Shown piece after piece: positions 53,101 to 64,000 of a DNA stretch of 64,000 nt. The stretch lies in NCBI RefSeq assembly GCF_006345805.1, contig NC_042998.1, positions 17,918,001-17,982,000 of the forward strand, in the 5' to 3' direction. This stretch comes from Octopus sinensis (lineage: Eukaryota). A program made the translations under genes and the position numbers. Numbering within the stretch: the stretch's first letter is position 1; each line of letters starts with the position of its first letter. A model generated the notes under the pieces. It had not been told where the DNA came from. It saw only the letters and a list, made by a program, of their open reading frames with translations, and ran no database searches.

Positions 53101-54571
53101 ATTGTGATGTTGAACTTATAAATGGTCTTGACTATTTAATTTTTTCCCACTAGGCCGCTGGTGGCAAAGAAATTCTACAAAATTTTTTGGCCACCCTATA
53201 TTGATTAATTATGAATTTTCTGGTTGATTCCGTAATGGAATCGGCGGCTTATATTTATTTGCTGCCGATAAATTTGGCGCGAGTGCGATGATTTGAAAAT
53301 TTTAGGTCAGATTTGCCGAGGCAGGGACAGAAGTGCCTCGTGAAAATATCTGTTCCGATCTGGCTATTTCTTACTGACGAATCTAAGGGCCTATGGAAGA
53401 TTGGCTTGATTTAATTTAATCAGGTTAGTTTACCATTAAACAATAGATGAAACGGTGCATCGTATAAGAAATTACAGGGTAAATGTTTTTTAAATTTTCT
53501 CCTGGTTTGCGGAATTAATGTTATTTTGCGGTTGAAGCTTTGGCTGTTATTTCTAGTGGGTGAATGGCCTATTATGGCCGTTCCTTGATTGTGATGTTGA
53601 ACTTATAAATGGTCTATGACTATTTAATTTTTTCCCACTAGGCCGCTGGTGGCAAAGAAATTCTACAAAATTTTTTTTGCCACCCTATATTGATTAATTA
53701 TGAATTTTCTGGTTGATTCCGTAATGGAATCGGCGGCTTATATTTATTTGCTGCCGATAAATTTGGCGCGAGTGCGATGATTTGAAAATTTTAGGTCAGA
53801 TATTGCCGAGGCAGGGACAGAAGTGCCTCGTGAAAATATCTGTTCCGATCTGGCTATTTCTTACTGACGAATCTAAGGGCCTATGGAAGATTGGCTTGAT
53901 TTAATTTAATCAGGTTAGTTTACATTAAACAATAGATGAAACGGTGCATCGTATAAGAAATTACAGGGTAAATGTTTTTTTTATTTTCCCTGGTTTGCGG
54001 AATTAATGTTATTTTGCGGTTGAAGCTTTGGCTGTTATTTCTAGTGGGTGAATGGCCTATTATGGCCGTTCCTTGATTGTGATGTTGAACTTATAAATGG
54101 TCTATGACTATTTAATTTTTTCCCACTAGGCCGCTGGTGGCAAAGAAATTCTACAAAATTTTTTGGCCACCCTATATTGATTAATTATGAATTTTCTGGT
54201 TGATTCCGTAATGGAATCGGCGGCTTATATTTATTTGCTGCCGATAAATTTGGCGCGAGTGCGATGATTTGAAAATTTTAGGTCAGATATTGCCGAGGCA
54301 GGGACAGAAGTGCCTCGTGAAAATATCTGTTCCGATCTGGCTATTTCTTACTGACGAATCTAAGGGCCTATGGAAGATTGGCTTGATTTAATTTAATCAG
54401 GTTAGTTTACCATTAAACATAGATGAAACGGTGCATCGTATAAGAAATTACAGGTAAATGTTTTTTAAATTTTCTCTCTGGTTTGCGGAATTAATGTTAT
54501 TTTGCGGTTGAAGCTTTGGCTGTTATTTCTAGTGGGTGAATGGCCTATTATGGCCGTTCCTTGATTGTGAT
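50137..54571 (+). repeat. Tandem array of a ~488-bp hammerhead-containing unit (9 units plus a ~43-bp partial), retrozyme-like
   Basis: ctagtgg(g)tga recurs at 50140, 50625, 51119, 51606, 52089, 52580, 53066, 53553, 54041 and 54529. (TA)n lies on both flanks. Confidence 0.97.
53366..53472 (+). ncRNA. Type I hammerhead ribozyme (representative copy; one per array unit)
   Basis: atttctta CTGACGA atcta-[~58-nt hairpin insert]-tagat GAAA cggtgcatc GTA taagaaat. Stem I is 8 bp, stem II is 5 bp and stem III is near-palindromic. Confidence 0.88.
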
Positions 54572-54598
54572 ATATATATAGTATATATATATATATAT

Positions 54599-54630
<32 letters not shown>

Positions 54631-54727
54631 ATATATAGCATATATATATATACATATATATACATATATATATACATATATATTAATATAATATAATATA
54701 ATATAACATAATATAATATGATTATAT

Positions 54728-54759
<32 letters not shown>

Positions 54760-54811
54760 ATATCATATATATATATATGTATATATATATATAATATATA
54801 ATATATATATG

Positions 54812-54847
<36 letters not shown>

Positions 54848-54942
54848 ATATAATATAATATATATAATAAATATTAATATGATAATATATCTATATATAT
54901 ATATTATATATATATATATTATATATATATAATATATGTATG

Positions 54943-54973
<31 letters not shown>

Positions 54974-55110
54974 TATGTATATATATATATATATAAATAT
55001 ATATATATGTGTGTGTATGTATATATATATTATGTATATATTATATATAATATATATATATATAATATATATATATTATATTATATATTATATATATTAT
55101 ATATATATAT
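54572..55110. repeat. (TA)n field
   Basis: Direct reading. Confidence 0.95.
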
Positions 55111-56945
55111 TGACATGCATAAGCTGGCAAAATTAATCCAGCGCTTGGTATATAGCACCGTAAAAACAATCGACGCCGTTAGTATAGACCAATCTTTTGC
55201 TACGTCTGGGATCAGGTTTTCGTTCTGAGGACACCACAAGTGTCACAGTTGCTTCTTCTTCTTCACCATCAATTAAGAATTTCTTCCAAAAATGTCAATT
55301 GACTCATGAGCACCTGACTGAAACACACAGACTCACACACACATACATATACAACGGCACCTATTATAGGAAAGGCAGTTGTATGATCTTTCATTATTGC
55401 TGGAAGGAGTGTAAAATGAAGTTATCCTCCAACCCGAGTCACCCTCCTGATTGCTAGCAACTGAGTGAATTCACCACGCATTAGTGGGGAAGCGATATGC
55501 TCTCTATGTGGTAGACGAAAACGAAATAATTTCAATTCCTAGTAAGATATACTCTGAGGCGCTTTCCTAGTTCAGAAACATATTTCTCCTAATAACACAA
55601 GTAGAGTTTGCAAACCCAGCACGAATAAGATATATTAAGTCTCGGGACATGTTATCTTGCATGGGAAGCGAAAAAAAGGACAATCAATCAGATGAACGTT
55701 ATATGCACACAAACACACACACACATACATAAATAGGGCACGCGCTCGAGATAGATATATAGATAGATAGACAGAAAGAGAAAGAGTGAGTGAGTGAGTG
55801 AGAGAGAGAGTGAGAGATTATTCCATAGCAGCCGGAAAGAATGTAAGAAGGATAACTTGATTTAAGGATAATAGAGTAACATAAATTCAACCAACAAATC
55901 GATAAACAATATGGAAATTATATGAACGAATGGTATAGATATGTGCTCGTTTTATATTATGGCTTATGGCTAATAACAGTTTTGCTAGTATGCCCTAACA
56001 GTCTTCGCAGAACCTGGCTTTGATATTTTCTAGATAGTGTCTATATTTATTCCATAATTTGTGTCAATGTGCTGAGAGAAATGGGCGTATATTATACAAG
56101 TTGTTAGAATTAGAAACTGGAAGAGATATATATTTAATTGATATAATGATGTTATTCTATATTCTAATAGATTAGTCAGCCTAAGTAATTAATTTGCTTT
56201 AGAATTCGCCTGTGGACAACGTTATAGTAATTAGGCATTGCTTTATATATGCATACTCTGATGACAAATTTGTTAATAAGAATGGCTTGCGGACTATTAT
56301 GACACTCCCTCCTCGTGTGTTGTTATGCCAAAGTTCCATTGTGTTTCAGTATTTTCATTTTCTAAGCCGGCTGGTGGATCATACGTGTTCCAGGAAACTT
56401 AAATTTTTATTTTGTTTCCTTGATCTCAGGGTAATAGCTGTGTCAATGGTTTTCCATGCCCTCCAAAACCGAAATTATTGACGACTGCAAACTGAATTGC
56501 TTGAAATACTAAGACGTTGAATTCCTTTGGAGGGTTGTGTGTAGATTTTGTGTGGACGTCCCCGGACGATGATGTGCGCTAGCCCAATACGTAGATATAG
56601 AGGGAGAAGCCTAGACGTCGAGGGTAGCAGTCGGAGTAGAAGAGCAGAGTCGAGTTGAGTAGTAGAGGTCATCCGAACGTGCGACATAACTGCAGAACAG
56701 CTTCTCTACGTTAGTGTGAATGCTTTATCTCAACTCATGAACAAGTTCCCGCAGCAATGTGCTGTATTTGAATTCCTTTGGAGGGTTGTATGTATTTCTC
56801 GTGAGAATTTATAAACGTTTATGAATCATCGTTTTTAAGAAAATGCTTTACAAATGCAAGCGTTATCGTCTCTTTTGTTACTCATGTTGGCCCTTACAGC
56901 ATCCAGGCTAGAAATAGACATTTTGGTCTGAAACAGAATCCTGTT

Positions 56946-57335
56946 GTGGCTGTGTGGTAAGTAGCTTGCTAACCAACCACATGGTTCCGGGTTCAGTCCC
57001 ACTGCGTGGCATCTTGGGCAAGTGTCTTCTGTGATAGCCCCGGGCCGACCAATGCCTTGTGAGTGGATTTGGTAGACGGAAACTGAAAGAAGTCTGTCGT
57101 ATATATGTATATATATATATGTATGTGTGTGTGTTTGTGTGTCTGTGCTTGTTCCCCTAGCATTGCTTGACAACCGATGCTGGTGTGTTTACGTCCCCGT
57201 AACTTAGCGGTTCGGCAAAATGAGACCGATAGAATAAGTACTGGGCTTACAAAGAATAAGTCCCGAGGTCGAATTGCTCGACTAAAGGCGGTGCTCCAGC
57301 ATGGCCGCAGTCAAATATCTGAAACAAGTAAACGA
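56946..57335 (+). mobile_element. SINE family A
   Basis: Family sequence. Confidence 0.9.
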
Positions 57336-57840
57336 AAAAAAAAACGAAAAAAGAAAACATATAACTCTTGGCCTTTAAAGACATGCATCTATGTTTAATT
57401 ACCATATCTGACTAAGGTACAAAATGTACCTGTTTTTTTTTGTTCGCTCGCATGGTTTAAGATTTTGACTGATTGAACGACGTTTTATCCAATTTCTCGT
57501 GAGAATTTATAAACGTTTATGAATCATCGTCAAAGAGTTTACGTAGCAGAACTTCTAGTAGGCTAGAAAGAGAGTGGACAACTTAGAAGATCGTCTTTTT
57601 TTATGCTACTATCTGGAATACCATAAGTAGATCCTTACTGCTCTCTCCTTTAGGAAGCTGCCGTCATCGTTGAATATGAGTTATTGTTTAGTAGGTAGTG
57701 ATATTAATAGATTTTAATCCTTTCAGTGGCCGAATTTAGTTTTGTTAGATACGAGCCCGTTGCTATAGTAACATACATTGATAGCTGGTACTACAAATAT
57801 ATTCATGACATGGGTTGTGGTTTTTATTAAATTAAACAGA

Positions 57841-58275
57841 GGCGCAGGAGTGAATGTGTGGTAAGTAGCTTGCTTACCAACCACATGGCTCCGGGTTCAG
57901 TCCCACTGCGTGGCACCTTGGGCAAGTGTCTTCTACTATAGCCTCGGGCCGACCAAAACCTTGTGAGTAGATTTGGTAGACGGAATCTGAAAGAAGCCCG
58001 TCGTATATATATATATATATATATATATGTGAGTGTGTGTGTGTGTGTATGCATATGTATATGTTCATGTGTCTGTGTTTATCCCCCCAACATCGCTTGA
58101 CAACAGATGCTGGTGTGTTTACGTCCCCGTAACTGAGCGGTTCGGCAAGAGAGACCGATAGAATAAGTACTAGGCTTACAAAGAATAAGTCCTGGGGTCG
58201 ATTTGGTCGACTAAAGGCGGTGCTCCAGCATGGCCGCAGTACAAATGACTGAAACAGATAAAAGAATAAAAGAAT
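57841..58275 (+). mobile_element. SINE family A, full length
   Basis: Family sequence. Confidence 0.92.
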
Positions 58276-58399
58276 ATTTTTTAATTAGATGGTTTCATTT
58301 CCTTTTACATGCTGGAATAGTTCATTCTTTTTAGCATATTTACTTTATTTTTTAATTTTTAAATGGGTGCTGATGACCTGACGCTACCGATCAAGCCCT

Positions 58400-58640
58400 A
58401 ATATTCTGAATACGACTACTACCACCGATTAGTTCAACCATTTTGACAATAATGGCATATTATCTATCAGAGAACAGCATTCTTTTTGCATGGCTCTATT
58501 TCATTAAATCGTTGCTTCGCAAAACTACTTGGTCGTGCAACTTGTGAAACCATTGTTTTAGGTATATGTTCACTACTATAGTCTATTGTTCGATAGGATA
58601 CCCTCAAATTCACTCTGGTTGATTTGTTTGACATGTGTTA
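58400..58640 (-). pseudogene. Possible very decayed LINE RT remnant
   Basis: Frameshifted QINQSEFEGILS / VVNIYLKQW / MLFSD(D), reminiscent of the QG-SP and YADD motifs. Confidence 0.3.
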
Positions 58641-59099
58641 TGCATTGTTTGTTGTTGAGGGTGAGGTTACGAATGTTATGGTTGTGTATTTGTTCCAATG
58701 TCTCCATGGGGAATTTCTAAGGTCTTCATAATTTTGGCTTTTAATTAATTTTCGTTAAATTATATCTTTCTATCTGCTGCAACGCCTAGTTGATTCTGTG
58801 CTATTTTTGCAGTATTTTTACAGTATTTATTGAATTGCCTGTTTTGTATTATTTCCTTCTGTATAAATTTTGTATTTGTTAAGTTCTATTGTGATTCATT
58901 GATTCATTCGTCTGTGGCAGCCCGTCCTTTTTATGCGTCATCAGTTGATACGTTTTATTTTCAGTATGTATTTTGACTCTGAGTCTACATTTTTAATTTT
59001 CAGAATATATTCAGTTTTTTTAAATAAATATATACTGAACTCATATAGACTGAACTCATCGATATGTCTTCAATTCTTCGTTGTTTCATTTTTTGTTGT

Positions 59100-59142
59100 T
59101 CTCCTTTCTTTCTTCTTCTTCTTCTTCTTCTTTTCTTCCTCC

Positions 59143-59204
<62 letters not shown>

Positions 59205-59245
59205 TTCTCACCCTCTTCGTCCTTCCCTTCTCCTCTTCCTCCTAA
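59100..59245. repeat. (TTC)n/(TCC)n tract
   Basis: Direct reading. Confidence 0.95.
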
Positions 59246-59444
59246 TTAAAACAGTTTGATTCGGCCCTTGCATTCCTCTATGTCGAGCTAATATGAAAGA
59301 GTAGGCTCATCAAACCAGTGCGCTCTCAAGCTCAAATTGACAGCCTCCACATTGGACCGTGGTTGGGTGGAGAAAACATTTGATTTCTTCGTCCTGCAAT
59401 GGACTGAACATAGGCACTCCAAACCAGTCCAATATATATGTACA

Positions 59445-59529
59445 TACATGCGTATAAGAAGGGATGACCACTAAGTGGACATCCAATATGAATGTCCACT
59501 TAGTGGTTATCTCTTCTTATACGCATGTA
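59445..59529. repeat. Inverted repeat with 38-bp arms
   Basis: tacatgcgtataagaagggatgaccactaagtggacat / atgtccacttagtggttatctcttcttatacgcatgta. Confidence 0.9.
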
Positions 59530-59660
59530 ATAAAATGTTTCTGAATTTTCAGATTTTTCTATATGCTAGGCCACTGGTTTTAAATTGATCCTAATTAAAT
59601 TAATATTCGATTTATCACCCTCGTTTTTTGAATATATATATATATATATATATAGTAAGG

Positions 59661-59706
<46 letters not shown>

Positions 59707-59708
<2 letters not shown>

Positions 59709-59850
59709 GGAGTAAACACATAAATGTGAAACAAGGTGGAAAAAAGAGTACTCAAATACCAGGGGTAGAGTAATATGCTTTATTTAAAAGCAGCAGAAAT
59801 TCAACAAAACAGTAACAGGTTTTGTTGAATTTCTGCTGCTTTTAAATAAA

Positions 59851-59851
<1 letters not shown>
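59707..59851. mobile_element. TA-flanked element fragment ending in a perfect 33-bp-arm hairpin (59778-59851)
   Basis: ctttatttaaaagcagcagaaattcaacaaaac-agtaacag-gttttgttgaatttctgctgcttttaaataaag. Confidence 0.7.
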
Positions 59852-59896
<45 letters not shown>

Positions 59897-59897
<1 letters not shown>

Positions 59898-60390
59898 TCA
59901 ATATAAGGGTAGCAACAAATTCAAAAGAAATTTTTTTCGCCACCAGCGGTCTAGTGAGAAGGAAAAAATAGTCAAAAGACTATATAATATACGTTCAACA
60001 ATAATATTAAGGAATGGCCTTAATAGGCCATTCAACTCACTAAAACGAGCAGCTAAACTCAAACCGCTAAATAGTAGTAATTCAGAAATCAAAGAAAATT
60101 AAAAACATTTACGCTAATCATCTTTGGACAATGCCTTGTTTCGACGTACTTTTTGGTAAACCAGCCTAATTAAATTAAATTTAATCAAGTCAATTCAACA
60201 CTGGCCCGTCTCATCGGCAAAGAAGCCAGGAAGAATAAATATTCCACGAGGCAACAGCATCGATGCCTCAGGAATATATACTCTAAATTTTCAAAATCTA
60301 CCGTCATCGCGCCAACCAAGCGGTTTGAGTTTAGCTGCTCGTTTTAGTGAGTTGAATGGCCTATTAAGGCCATTCCTTAATATTATTGTT
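59897..60390 (-). mobile_element. Diverged single relative of the 488-bp array unit with an inverted terminal segment
   Basis: The minus strand aligns in order with the array unit (ggcgcga..ttgaaaattt..gaggca..tgcctcgtg..gaatggcctatta.ggcc.ttcctt..cactag.ccgctggtggc). 60319-60390 is an inverted copy of 59996-60068. Confidence 0.85.
60121..60223 (-). ncRNA. Type I hammerhead motif (U4C core change)
   Basis: Minus strand tctttg CCGATGA gacg...cgtc GAAA caaggcatt GTC caaaga. Confidence 0.75.
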
Positions 60391-61198
60391 GTATATATAT
60401 ATATATATTATATATATATATCGTTAAACCAACTTATCAGGGGAAACCCATGTTTTCCGATTATTAGTCTCATCCACTTATGTGCTGAGCGGAGTTTTCT
60501 TTTAGTTTTCTATTCATTAAGAACGAATTCTTACTCGGACCATTTTAATGGATTGTATATGACCCCAACAATTTGTATAAGTTTGTTCTGTTCGGGATTA
60601 GTTTATAATACATTGTATTTATTCGCATTTTTCATAGTGAGTTGTGCATACGTATTTATTCTAGTGTATTATAAATTAGTTCTCAACGACAGATTTAGTC
60701 ATTATTTTTTTTCTTGTCCGCCTTGAATGCTGATCCATTAATACACCTATCTACACAATGATATAATGACGTTCCTGATTTGCCTAAAGATTTGCCTGAG
60801 AGTTTACTAAGTACATAGTATGATTTCCTTCTTATATGTTTGAGGTAGCTTATTGTGGGTGAGATCTGGCCTTTTGATGCTATAATAAAATAATATATTT
60901 CAGCTTACTGACTGCCATAAGTGGATTATTTTGGGTTTCTTTTCACATTTATCTGTCATCACCATCTTGTTGTATATCGATATTTTCGGAATTTATATTG
61001 TCATATCTCTTTAGTTATAAAATCAGTCTATTGTACTTCCTTATCTGTTGCTCTTTCGTTCTTTCTCGAGATATCTTGACATTAATAACAGCTATACGCA
61101 TGTGACTGGTCGCTTGACTTAGTGGTCCAAAGCGTTTAGCCATAATTCGGAAGGTACTGGGTTCGACTCTGTATCAACTTGTTGACTACCTTTGTATA

Positions 61199-61352
61199 GG
61201 CGTGACTGCGCGGTAGGAAGCTTGCTTTCCAACCACATGGCTCCGGGTTCAGTCCCACAGGATGTCACTTAAGGCAAGTGTCTTCTACTTGAGCTTCGAG
61301 CCGGCCACAGGCTTGTGAGTGAGTTTGGTAGACGGAAACTGGGAGAAACCTG
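61199..61352 (+). mobile_element. Diverged SINE A 5' half, preceded by another tRNA-like head (~61110-61175)
   Basis: Family head and core. Upstream gacttagtggtc...gggttcgactc. Confidence 0.7.
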
Positions 61353-61402
<50 letters not shown>

Positions 61403-61664
61403 ATCCTGTCTTTTACTGTTTTTATTTGCATTGTTGAATCTTTTCCTTTTGATTGCCAGATTTCAACACAATTTCCAGTTAACTAAACACTTTAAAACCT
61501 CGTATATTGGTAGAATGTGTTTATAAAACATCATTTTTTCTTGGCTTTATTGAGAAAATTCTATATGTTGTAAGATATTTCGTCTGAAAATCCGAGCATT
61601 TTGGCAATTTTAACCAATCGATTACCTCCTAAATATCTTACAACATATAGAATTTTCTCAATAT

Positions 61665-61710
<46 letters not shown>

Positions 61711-61713
61711 GTG

Positions 61714-61744
<31 letters not shown>

Positions 61745-61781
61745 TGTGTGTGTGTGTGTGTGACAATTATTCGGTAGCCAT

Positions 61782-61842
61782 GATAAAACTCCGAGTTTCG
61801 GATGTCGGGGCGGAAACCTACGCCAGCATCTCTTCAGTTATC
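61782..61842 (-). ncRNA. Type I hammerhead motif
   Basis: Minus strand gataa CTGAAGA gatg...catc(c) GAAA ctcgga GTT ttatc. Confidence 0.7.
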
Positions 61843-61981
61843 GGCCCATCAAAAAAAATGTTATGAAAATGACCGTTAAACAAAGGGAAATTACTGTGTG
61901 GTTGACTGTTATTAAGACAAAAGAGCTATTAGAATGACCGCTACGTAAAGGGAAGGAGTAAAGGTAATCGAGTAAAAATGG

Positions 61982-62066
61982 TTAGGACAATGGTCCAATA
62001 GTATAGAAGTCGTTGACTGGTTGAAAGCCATTAAGAATAAGAATAAAGCGAGATTTACGCAATTCG
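61982..62066 (+). pseudogene. Penelope-like element reverse transcriptase fragment
   Basis: LGQWSNSIEVVDWLKAIKNKNKARFTQF resembles the QWxNxxxVxxWFxxIxNK..FxxFD segment upstream of PLE RT motif A. Confidence 0.65.
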
Positions 62067-62419
62067 CTTTATTATATTTACAGATAAATTCCTCTATTTA
62101 TATAATATCGAGGTTTCTTTCATTCTTTTGTTGTCTTGCCATTTCTATCAATATATATATATATGTTAATAAAAGGAATTCCAACCTTGTCTGATTTTCA
62201 CGTTTTATTTACAATCTTATAATGATATAATATAATATAATATAATATAATAAAATAAAATAGAATGTTAAATGTTCATTCTGATTGAACTAGTACTTTC
62301 ATGCATTAAATTCTGCAATCTTCAGGTTCATGTAGTAGTGGTGACAGTCATGCTTCACAATTTGTGACTGCATATATATATATACATACATATACAAGTA
62401 AAAGACTAAAAGAATGCAA

Positions 62420-62685
62420 CAGGCTTCTTCCAGTTTACGTCGACCAAATCTATATACAATATATATATATATATATACATACCACTTTGTGATTGTCCCA
62501 ACCACCGCTTGATAACTGGTGTTGATGTTTATGTCTCTGTAACCTAGTGGTTCGATAAAAGAGACCGATAGAATATGTATCAAGCTAAAAATGTGTGCCT
62601 GGGGTCGTTTTGTTCGATTTGAACCCGTCAAAGTGGAGCCCCAGCATGCCAGCAGTCAAATGACTGAAAAATGTAAAAACAAAAG
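62420..62685. mobile_element. Rearranged diverged SINE A fragments
   Basis: A short minus core piece followed by a plus 3' half. Confidence 0.65.
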
Positions 62686-63712
62686 ATTACATCACTGAAT
62701 TCCTAGCCACAAAAACGAATTTCATTCGTTCCCAAATCTGTAAGATTGGTTATGAAAAGGCAATTTTATAATTCTTTGAAAAAATATTTTCTAGAAATTA
62801 GTTCCTGGTTTTCTACATAAATTTTATAATCTTGTGTTGTATTAGAAACTTTGTAATCATTAGCCATTCCTAGTTAACTAAGTTACACCAGACCCTTTAT
62901 ATTTCTCTTTATTATATTCAGTCGCAAATGTACTTCCCTACCTCAAGTACCTATCAAATGATCAACTCACTAATTCACTACTGGAATGGTCAATAATTAC
63001 TGAAATAATTTAACCCATGTCAAATTCTGTGATAATTAATTTAGCATTTACGTGTTGTTCTGTACATAACGCTAGCCTAATTTCCTGTGTTGTGCAATTA
63101 AGCATTTTCAAAAAAATTAATTAGTTCATGCCGTGTTTTGTCTGATTCATTTCTTTGTAAATTGTTTTTTTTTTTACAAATGATATTCTATTTGTTTTTA
63201 TTTCTAAATGTTTGGCTCTCTCAAAGTATTTTTTAAAAATGTTTTCTCGTCTTAAGATGTGCTTGGTGCACTTTTAACGTCAGATGTTTATGCACACGTC
63301 TTTATTGAATCCATAGACTTCTTTTGAATAAGATTTCTAATTGGTTTCTATCTCTTAAATATAATTTTCTATCTCACATATACACAAGAGAATTTATTAG
63401 TTTTCTGTTGCAGATGTATTTGTAAACAAAGCACTTCACTAATTCATTAGCAAGTTCGGTGCTAATCAAAACAAGAGATATAACAATACGTATACAGCAG
63501 CAATTAGTTTCATAGTGAGAATCGTAACAGACTTTGGTAACGTTAGTATTATTTTGCAGCTTTCCGTAGTACATCTGACATAACTATTTATTATAGCAGT
63601 AACATCTAATATCTTAAGCTGCTTTGAGTAAGCAGTTTAAGTGTTCTTGTTTTATTATTCTACTTTTTAACACAGATTTAATTAACTCTCATAATATTAC
63701 TAATTTTTCCTT

Positions 63713-64000
63713 AAGGCGACGAGGTAGCAGAATTGTGAGAACGCCGGGCGAAATGCTTAGTGATATTTCGTCTGTCGAAGGCGGCGAAGCTGGCAGAAAC
63801 GTTAGCACGCCGGGCGAAATGAGTAGCCGTATTTCGTCTGCCGTTTGTTCTGAGTTCAAATTCCGCCGAGGTCGACTTTGCCTTTCATCCTTTCGGGGTC
63901 GACAAATTAAATACCAGTTACGCACTGGATTCGGTGTTATCGACTTAATCCGTTTGTCTGTCCTTGTTTGTCCTCTCTGTGTTTAGCCCCTTGTGGGTAG
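63713..64000 (+). mobile_element. SINE family F with a duplicated head, running off the window
   Basis: Head at 63713-63776 and again from 63779. Confidence 0.9.

Noticed and set aside
50137-54571. Array as CRISPR, rDNA/5S or snRNA cluster, and unit-to-unit differences as real variants
   Set aside because: There are no unique spacers and no recognisable rRNA or snRNA. Differences are mostly 1-4-bp indels typical of unpolished long reads, so copy number and variants are uncertain.
56795-57530. 38-bp direct repeat around the SINE at 56946
   Set aside because: The repeats are more than 100 bp from the SINE ends, so they are not a target-site duplication. They are probably a small local duplication.

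Overview
AT-rich, intergenic or intronic eukaryotic DNA dominated by microsatellites and interspersed repeats. The SINE families and TA/CA/GATA microsatellite load look like an Octopus (cephalopod) genome; this is inference from recognition, not a database hit. I found no credible host protein-coding exon. Almost all listed ORFs are microsatellite or SINE read-throughs, and the only protein-like remnants are transposase and retrotransposon fragments (mariner, maT-like, RTE, R4/Dong, CR1/Jockey-like, Penelope RT). The main signal is RNA-level. A 9-copy tandem array of a ~488-bp unit (50137-54571) is inserted in (TA)n, and each unit carries a type I hammerhead ribozyme motif (CUGACGA...GAAA...GUA). 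A diverged relative at 59897-60390 shows compensatory changes in all three ribozyme helices. At least seven other unrelated short elements in the window also carry intact or decayed minimal hammerheads, usually next to (TA)n and often with inverted terminal pieces. They include a tRNA-headed (Pol III) element and a family with a fixed non-canonical CUGUCGA core. This points to a diverse Penelope-dependent retrozyme-like system. Ribozyme activity, transcription and novelty cannot be established from sequence alone. Coordinates were read by eye and may be off by a few bases.
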